The translations under genes were made by a program, and so were the position numbers. The notes below the pieces were generated by a model that was not told the DNA's origin, did not search any database, and saw nothing but the letters and a program-made list of their open reading frames with translations. DNA of 32,000 bases. Origin: Candidatus Hermodarchaeota archaeon. Lineage in GTDB: Archaea; Asgardarchaeota; Heimdallarchaeia; Hodarchaeales; Hodarchaeaceae. Positions within the stretch are counted from its first letter, which is position 1. Every line of letters begins with the position of its first letter. Location: contig JBHLKY010000009.1 of the NCBI GenBank assembly GCA_048886185.1, positions 60,001 through 92,000 of the forward strand, given 5' to 3'. This document shows, piece after piece, positions 25,875 through 32,000 of the stretch.

Positions 25875-27569
25875 TTATTCTGAGTCTGTACCTATACTCA
25901 TAATCTTTGTTATATTTATTCCTTTAATTTCTGAACTTGATGTTAACTTATCTTTGCCCATTTGAAATAGTACTTCATGAATAATGCGAGCAGCAAGGGA
26001 AATAGAGCGGTACCCACCAATAATAAATCCCAAAGACTCTAAATTCATTTGAGACGATATGAGGTAAATTAACTCCTTAACTGATATGGTTTGTGAAATT
26101 TTAGTATGGTATACAATTCTATTCTCACAGTATAATGTTAAGTAAACAAGGTTTCTAACCAAATTGGCTTTAAATCCCAATCCTTTAGTATTAGGGAGAT
26201 CTATAATTCCCTCAATAACCTCAACTTCAGTGGAAGGTGTTTTCAGACTAGTTTTTAAGGGTTTTTCTGGTTGTTTTTGAGCTTTAACCTTAGTTTTTGT
26301 TAAATATCTGGCAATAATCTCATCTATGCTCATTTTATATCGTTTTGCCGCGAAAATAAGACAATTAAAAACATCATCTTGAGATACTGATCCTCGTAAA
26401 TATGCTGAAAAAAGATCTAGCAACCGTTCTAGGGTTAAGTATTGAATATCGAATCCCTTAGATATAAGGAAGGGGATATATTTAATGATAACATCACTAA
26501 CAAGATTTATTGGTACACCCGCAGTCGCTGCCATTTTGAATAAACTGGTATATCCAGAATTCACGATTTCTATGGCTAATTCTGTATCTAAGCCGTAATG
26601 ATCAATTAAAGAACTTATTTCTCTGTTAATTATTATGTTTTCGTGAGAGTCTTGTACAATATTGAGAGGTTGAGTGGATGATTGGTCTTCAGAAGAAGAA
26701 ATGTGAATTAATTCTGATTCTTCAATTACTTCTTCTGCGATTACCTCTCTTAATGTAGATTGAGATGTCAACGGTTTTATAGACTGGTCAACCATAGATC
26801 CACGCATTAAATCCTGTATTCGTTTTAAATAGATTGGATCTTCTTCTACCTCTATTTTTATGACTTTTTCTTTTTCTGGTTTGCTAATTTCCTCTATAGA
26901 GAGGGGTTTGATAACATGAAGGGTTTTTTCGCTATATTCCTCAATTTCACCAATAGTTTGACCATCAACTAATTCACTATGACTTAAATCGGGCATTGAA
27001 ATTTCTATAATTCTCCCAAAACTCCTTGTTACCGACTCTGGATTAAAAATTGTTGTTCTAAAAAAACAAATACTTTTCATACATTCTACTTGGAATTCTT
27101 CCTTCATTATATCGTGAATCGTCTCATAATTAGGCCAACTCTCTACTAGATCATTTTTATGTAAAAAAACAAATATTTTAGCATCTGGGGAATATTTATC
27201 GAGTTTTTCAACGCATGCTTTAAAATATTGAATTGAATTATTTCTCATTGTTCTATTTGAAACATCTATTAGATAGACAAGACTGACAACTGAACTAAAA
27301 ATAAAGGGACTAAAAGTGGTTAGAAAACGTTTTAGGAAAATTTTTTGCCCTCCAAGATCAAGAATTGTAATTGGGGTATTTTTTATAGTAGTTGATAATC
27401 TTTCATAACTTAGAGTAGCTGAAAGACCATTTACTTCTTCAGTTGTATGTTTAAGGAAAAAAAGACGTTTAACTGCGGTCTTCCCTGCTTCAGCTAAACC
27501 CGCGATTAGTATCTTGTAACCAAGGCGAGCCTCAATATCCGACTTTTTAATCCATCCTTTATCAATCAT
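25875..27569 (-). CDS. Rag/Arf-like small GTPase domain fused to a ~370-aa C-terminal extension of unknown function
   Basis: G1 GLAEAGKT, G2 SAT, G3 DLGGQ, G4 HKND, G5 RTTIF. Confidence 0.85.
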   Translation of the reverse strand: MIDKGWIKKSDIEARLGYKILIAGLAEAGKTAVKRLFFLKHTTEEVNGLSATLSYERLSTTIKNTPITILDLGGQKIFLKRFLTTFSPFIFSSVVSLVYLIDVSNRTMRNNSIQYFKACVEKLDKYSPDAKIFVFLHKNDLVESWPNYETIHDIMKEEFQVECMKSICFFRTTIFNPESVTRSFGRIIEISMPDLSHSELVDGQTIGEIEEYSEKTLHVIKPLSIEEISKPEKEKVIKIEVEEDPIYLKRIQDLMRGSMVDQSIKPLTSQSTLREVIAEEVIEESELIHISSSEDQSSTQPLNIVQDSHENIIINREISSLIDHYGLDTELAIEIVNSGYTSLFKMAATAGVPINLVSDVIIKYIPFLISKGFDIQYLTLERLLDLFSAYLRGSVSQDDVFNCLIFAAKRYKMSIDEIIARYLTKTKVKAQKQPEKPLKTSLKTPSTEVEVIEGIIDLPNTKGLGFKANLVRNLVYLTLYCENRIVYHTKISQTISVKELIYLISSQMNLESLGFIIGGYRSISLAARIIHEVLFQMGKDKLTSSSEIKGINITKIMSIGTDSE

Positions 27570-27839
27570 TATCTGATCACTTTTTATAGATATAAATTCT
27601 ATAATTCACATAGTCTTTAAAAAAAATACTTTTTTAAAATTATGTGAATCATGCTAATCATTACTTACACTAATCAATCCTCATAAATGGTTACTTTTCA
27701 ATAATTCAGGAATCTGGAAAAGCAAGTTTAGAATCTTGAAATACTTCTAAACAAACAATTTAAATCGATTTTTCAGGAAAAAATTATTTTAAATGATTAG
27801 TAACCTTGATTCACTCGTCATTTTAGTTATTTTATCAAG

Positions 27840-27859
27840 AGTCAGGGTACACCCTGACT
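27840..27859. promoter_or_regulatory. 20-bp palindrome between the two divergent GTPase genes
   Basis: AGTCAGGGT-AC-ACCCTGACT with perfect 9-bp arms, GC-rich in an AT-rich spacer. Confidence 0.5.
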
Positions 27860-28148
27860 TATAATAGAGTCTTTCTCTTAGCATGCTAGAATCAGCTCAA
27901 AGCTTCAAGTCAAAATAAAGCAAATCTTCTAGTAACATGGTCACTTGGTCTTGTCAACACATGAATCCATTAAATAGCGAATAACAAAAGAGGATGAATT
28001 GTGATGAGGTCATTTAAAAACAATTTGAGAAAATTAATTTTGAGTAAAAACTGAATAAAGCTACTAATAAAAGACCTAATATCAATATAATACACATCTT
28101 AAAAATCTGCCTCATTTTTTTATCTAAGCAGATAAAAAGTGAATAGAA

Positions 28149-29051
28149 ATGGCAGCACCTGATGTAACGAAAAAATTACTATTAATGGGGCTTGGGGCTA
28201 GTGGTAAAAGTAGTATACGGGCTGTAGCTTTTGAAGGTAAATCTCCTGAAGATGTCAAAGATTATAAAGCCACCATCAATTATACTCGATCAATGAAAAC
28301 GATTATTCGTAATCCATTTCAAATCTTTGATTGTGGTGGGCAAGAAAGTTTCATTTCAGTTTTTGTGGGAGAACAAGCTGAATTAATTTTTACTGATGTA
28401 GCCGTTTTAGTCTGGGTTGTTGATCTTTCGGATTTTGATCAAGTTTCTACTAGTAAATTTTATTTTAACCATGCTACTGCTAAGCTAGCGCAGTATGCTC
28501 CAAATGCAGTCATTTATTGTCTATTTCATAAAATAGATCTAGTATTACCAGATACAAGAGAAGAAGTTATAGAAACTCTAAAACAATTTTTTACCCCTTC
28601 TGAAGAAATTGATATTTATTACCGTAGTACATCAATTTTTGAGAAATCAATATACATTGTAACCGCAGAGATTGTACGATCTTTAATTATGAAAAGTTCC
28701 TCGGCACAGACCATCTCTGAAGTTCTACAGAAATTCATCGAAAGTACCGAGGAGCTTTCAGGTATTGCTTTATATACAGATGAAGGCTTACCTGTTTTTG
28801 AGGAGGGAGATCTTGCTGACTCAATTTTAATACCCGCAAATCTTTGGTTAAGCAATTTAGATCGCATCCAAGACGAATTCGCTACTTCAACCACATACAA
28901 AACTTATCTTGAAACAGACGATTTAATTTTTGTCTGTGAAAAGCTTAAGTCTGAAATTATCCTTACAGGAATTGCAAAAAAGGTTGCCCCACTTCAGTAC
29001 ATTCTTATAAAAATGGAAGAAGTAGCTGATGCCCTGAAAGGGATCATCTAA
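28149..29051 (+). CDS. Gtr1/RagA-like GTPase with C-terminal roadblock domain
   Basis: KKLLLMGLGASGKSSIR, ATIN, FDCGGQ, CLFHKID, STSIF, followed by a roadblock-like tail (ELSGIALYTDEGLPV...YLETDDLIFVCEKL...ILTGIA). Confidence 0.88.
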   Translation: MAAPDVTKKLLLMGLGASGKSSIRAVAFEGKSPEDVKDYKATINYTRSMKTIIRNPFQIFDCGGQESFISVFVGEQAELIFTDVAVLVWVVDLSDFDQVSTSKFYFNHATAKLAQYAPNAVIYCLFHKIDLVLPDTREEVIETLKQFFTPSEEIDIYYRSTSIFEKSIYIVTAEIVRSLIMKSSSAQTISEVLQKFIESTEELSGIALYTDEGLPVFEEGDLADSILIPANLWLSNLDRIQDEFATSTTYKTYLETDDLIFVCEKLKSEIILTGIAKKVAPLQYILIKMEEVADALKGII

Positions 29052-29075
29052 TGGGTTTAAGATGAATAAGATTAG

Positions 29076-32000
29076 ATGGCGGTTCATAGGGTGATGATAT
29101 TTTTGAAATCATTATTAAGAATCTACCACAGAATCAGAAGCTTTTTATTAATTGGCATTTTTTTTATCAGCTTCTTTGTTGCAGATAGTTCCATTCAAGC
29201 TGATAAACCGCAAGAATCATCCAATATTTTAGGTAAGCTTATGCACAATATTGGATTAGTAAAACAAAATATAGAAGAGCCCATTATAATTTCAAAAAGT
29301 AAATCTCGTCTTATTAGTACAGAAGTAGGAAAACAAACATCTAAAAATAACGAGTCCTTTCCTAGTAGAATGACTGCCAAAATAGTCGGTTCACAAGAAG
29401 ATTTTGTCGATAATAATATATCAAATATTGATGGAGTAGCAGATAAAGGAACTCATTTAAATTTTCAAAATCAAAAAGCTGGCCCAGATAGCCTAAATGA
29501 TACTTTGACAGAAGAGGATATCAATACAATAAATCAAATTAGCTTGGAAGTTGACTCGTGGGAAATTACTAGAAATAAATGGGCGAAAACAGGAGCCTCA
29601 CCTTATTTAGATAATCAAACACAGCCAGAAGTAAATGAAGTCCATGGTGTAGCGAATGCAGTTGGAAGTAAAAACGGAGATGAGATGGGAGATTTTGGGT
29701 TTCAAGATATAAATATCCTTGGGACATTAGCATCAGTCAAATTGCGTGTTTATGGCCATGCTAGCCCTTCTTATCCTACAGAAACTTATTTTTCTGTTCA
29801 TTTGTGGAATGGAAGTGCCTGGAATGAGGTGATGGATTTCTCAAATGAACCAAATTTCATATGGAAAGAAGTAGATGTCAGTACATACATAAATACATGG
29901 GCAAAAGTTAATAGTTCAAAGATTTTTTTAAGAACTGAAGATCCTGGAGGAAATAAATATGGAGAACAGCTCTGTGACATTGCAATTCTTCAAGTTAACT
30001 ATTTTCCAGAACCAAATTATAATTTCGATGCTGAAGTTCAATGGGTATCTGCTGATTTTACGAAATCAAATGCTACACTGGCTATCTATACTGGTAATTT
30101 AGGAATAGAGGCATTAAAAGTTGATGTGTGGAATGGATCATGGAATACGATTATTCCTAACCTGGTAGCCAATTCATGGAATAATATTAGCGTAGTGAAT
30201 TATTTAACAACTTCAACTTTCACTATTAGATTCAAAGGTACGAATGAAAGCTCAGATACAACCCAGGATCAATGGAATATTGATGTGACACTACTCCACA
30301 CTTGGGATAATGATGAAACTCCTCCAATGATAAATGATTTTTTCGTTGATGATCTAGGTACAGGTATCGGAATTTTTTGGGCGAATGTCACAGATTCTCA
30401 ATCTGAGGTTGCAGAAGTAGATCTTGAAGTAAATTCAGTTGAATATTCTATGAACTATAATGGATCTTTATGGGTCAAACAAATCTCAGTCAATTATGGC
30501 CAATATTATGAATTCCAAGTCATAAACGCTTCAGACTCAGAAAACTATATTCTCTCTCCCTCCGAAATAAGAAATCACACATTTGACTATGATTCCACAA
30601 TTCCAACGGTTGAAAATTGGGAATATTATCCAAATATTGGTATTAATGGAACTTTTAAAGCGAATGTCTCTGATACTTGGGGTGAAATAGACACTGTTCT
30701 TGTGAATGTTACAGAGGTTGATGGGATTCCTCGTAATGATTTATGGGCGATAATGGGTTTAACAGCCTCGGGTTACATCAACAATACACTTTTTTTGAAT
30801 AAGAATAAAGTATTCAACTTTACTATCTTTGTTAATGATACTTCAGGAAATTCATATACATCATTAAAGCATACTGGAAGTGGTCCCAACCATCCTCCAC
30901 AAGCATCTAATCTCTCTCTAACAATCGATCCAAGAACTAATGAATCTTTAATAGCAAATTGGACATTCTCCGATGTAGATGGAGACGATGAGCCTTTGAA
31001 TAGTTGGATTATACGCTGGTATAAATCTGGAGTACTTCAGGACTTATATAATAACCTAAAGATAATTCCCTCTACAGCAACTTCAAAAGGAGAAATATGG
31101 AATTATACACTTCAGGTATCTGATGGAGACAAGTACTCACTTCAATACAATTCACCGCCTACAACTATTATTAACACCCCTCCTGAAGCAATTAATGTAA
31201 CAATTACTTCTAAACCAACAAGTAGTGATGAATTAGTAGCAGGATGGACCGCGAGCGATATAGATGGGGATAATCCAGATAATTATCTACATGTTACCAT
31301 AATCAGATGGTATCTTTGGACTGGAAGTTGGACTGAAATTCCGGGATTAATGAACTCTACTTATGTTACAGCAGGTAATTTAACACGGAGTCAAACTTAT
31401 CGCTTTAAATTAGAGCTTTTTGATGGAGAGGAGTACTCGAAGGTCTATATTTCTCCAAATACGACAATATTAAACTCATTGCCAATTTTAACGGCTACAC
31501 CGACTTTTAATAAAACTACAGATATATTTCCAACAGATAATATAAATATCACATACTCATATAGTGATCCAGATGGCGATCTAGAAGAGACTACTCAACG
31601 AATTGTGTTATGGTATTGGAATGGTGAACTAAATTCGTCAAAAACAAATAATGTGACTTTATTAAGCTCTGAGACATCCTCGGGAGAGACTTGGCAATAT
31701 CGACTACAAGTTTATGACGGATTCAATTATAGCATAATTTACACATCAATTTTAATTTCAATTGGTGCTTATACAAATAATATACCTGAAGTTCAGAATA
31801 TTACATTAACTGGGGGGATAAATACAACCACTGTCGATCTTGTTGCCAGTTATGATTTTTTTGATCTTGATGGGCATCAAGAAGTTGAAAAAGAAATAAT
31901 TTGGTTTATGAATGGTGATATACAACCTGATCACAATAACTCATTGATAATTGGTTCTAGCTTCACAGTTAAAGGTCAAATTTGGAATTTCACCATCAAA
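29076..32000 (+). CDS. Large secreted/membrane-anchored surface glycoprotein with tandem Ig/cadherin-like repeats; partial, runs off window end (not in ORF track)
   Basis: Manual translation from ATG 29076 (alternative start 29091/29094) is open for 975 codons to base 32000. N-terminal hydrophobic segment FLLIGIFFISFFVA, many N-x-S/T sequons and repeated domains. Confidence 0.88.
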   Translation, partial: MAVHRVMIFLKSLLRIYHRIRSFLLIGIFFISFFVADSSIQADKPQESSNILGKLMHNIGLVKQNIEEPIIISKSKSRLISTEVGKQTSKNNESFPSRMTAKIVGSQEDFVDNNISNIDGVADKGTHLNFQNQKAGPDSLNDTLTEEDINTINQISLEVDSWEITRNKWAKTGASPYLDNQTQPEVNEVHGVANAVGSKNGDEMGDFGFQDINILGTLASVKLRVYGHASPSYPTETYFSVHLWNGSAWNEVMDFSNEPNFIWKEVDVSTYINTWAKVNSSKIFLRTEDPGGNKYGEQLCDIAILQVNYFPEPNYNFDAEVQWVSADFTKSNATLAIYTGNLGIEALKVDVWNGSWNTIIPNLVANSWNNISVVNYLTTSTFTIRFKGTNESSDTTQDQWNIDVTLLHTWDNDETPPMINDFFVDDLGTGIGIFWANVTDSQSEVAEVDLEVNSVEYSMNYNGSLWVKQISVNYGQYYEFQVINASDSENYILSPSEIRNHTFDYDSTIPTVENWEYYPNIGINGTFKANVSDTWGEIDTVLVNVTEVDGIPRNDLWAIMGLTASGYINNTLFLNKNKVFNFTIFVNDTSGNSYTSLKHTGSGPNHPPQASNLSLTIDPRTNESLIANWTFSDVDGDDEPLNSWIIRWYKSGVLQDLYNNLKIIPSTATSKGEIWNYTLQVSDGDKYSLQYNSPPTTIINTPPEAINVTITSKPTSSDELVAGWTASDIDGDNPDNYLHVTIIRWYLWTGSWTEIPGLMNSTYVTAGNLTRSQTYRFKLELFDGEEYSKVYISPNTTILNSLPILTATPTFNKTTDIFPTDNINITYSYSDPDGDLEETTQRIVLWYWNGELNSSKTNNVTLLSSETSSGETWQYRLQVYDGFNYSIIYTSILISIGAYTNNIPEVQNITLTGGINTTTVDLVASYDFFDLDGHQEVEKEIIWFMNGDIQPDHNNSLIIGSSFTVKGQIWNFTIK
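30888..32000 (+). repeat. Protein-level tandem repeats of 95-102 aa
   Basis: Units start at 30888, 31173, 31473 and 31779 (N-x-x-P). Each carries D-x-DG[D/H] (DVDGD, DIDGD, DPDGD, DLDGH) and W[Y/F]; the three complete units also carry DG-x-x-YS. Confidence 0.85.

Noticed and set aside
163-29980. Short track ORFs antisense to or nested in real genes (e.g. 163-369, 749-937, 944-1156, 3158-3463, 3794-4249, 4346-4546, 6107-6400, 6554-6787, 10656-11087, 13440-13763, 14718-14936, 17605-17814, 19068-19452, 19794-20012, 20319-20576, 23115-23498, 25415-25612, 28619-28900, 29195-29380, 29798-29980)
   Set aside because: Shadow frames of well-supported genes with no recognisable motifs.
1-32000. tRNA, rRNA, CRISPR array, recoded stop codons or programmed frameshifts
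   Set aside because: No cloverleaf, rRNA-like or regularly spaced repeat sequence seen; recognised genes are intact in single frames and end where their families normally end.

Overview
AT-rich archaeal DNA, most likely from an Asgard archaeon. This is inferred from a full-length Gtr1/RagA-type GTPase-roadblock gene, GGTGA/GAGGTG-type ribosome-binding sites and an archaeal thiolase/DUF35 pair. About 26 kb (1-25.8 kb) is an anaerobic aromatic/benzoyl-CoA catabolic neighbourhood. It holds a bzd-type class I benzoyl-CoA reductase subunit (bzdN, cut by the window edge and absent from the ORF track) preceded by a DUF2080-GNAT pair. It also holds a MoaD / Zn-ribbon microprotein / aldehyde:ferredoxin oxidoreductase / polyferredoxin operon, an ArsB/NhaD-type permease with a USP-like partner, and a CCG-domain Fe-S oxidoreductase. 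Further along are a dch-had-thiolase-(DUF35+SDR fusion) operon, a NikR-controlled Ni/Co ECF transporter, an Fe-S protein pair, a PLP aminotransferase and an ACAD-EtfB-(Fd)EtfA-ACAD operon. The last 6 kb holds two divergent Rag-like GTPases with a palindrome near the middle of their intergenic region, then a >975-aa surface glycoprotein with tandem DxDGD Ig/cadherin-like repeats (also absent from the ORF track). I saw no rRNA, tRNA, CRISPR array or intact mobile element. All family calls are from motif recognition by eye; no searches were run.
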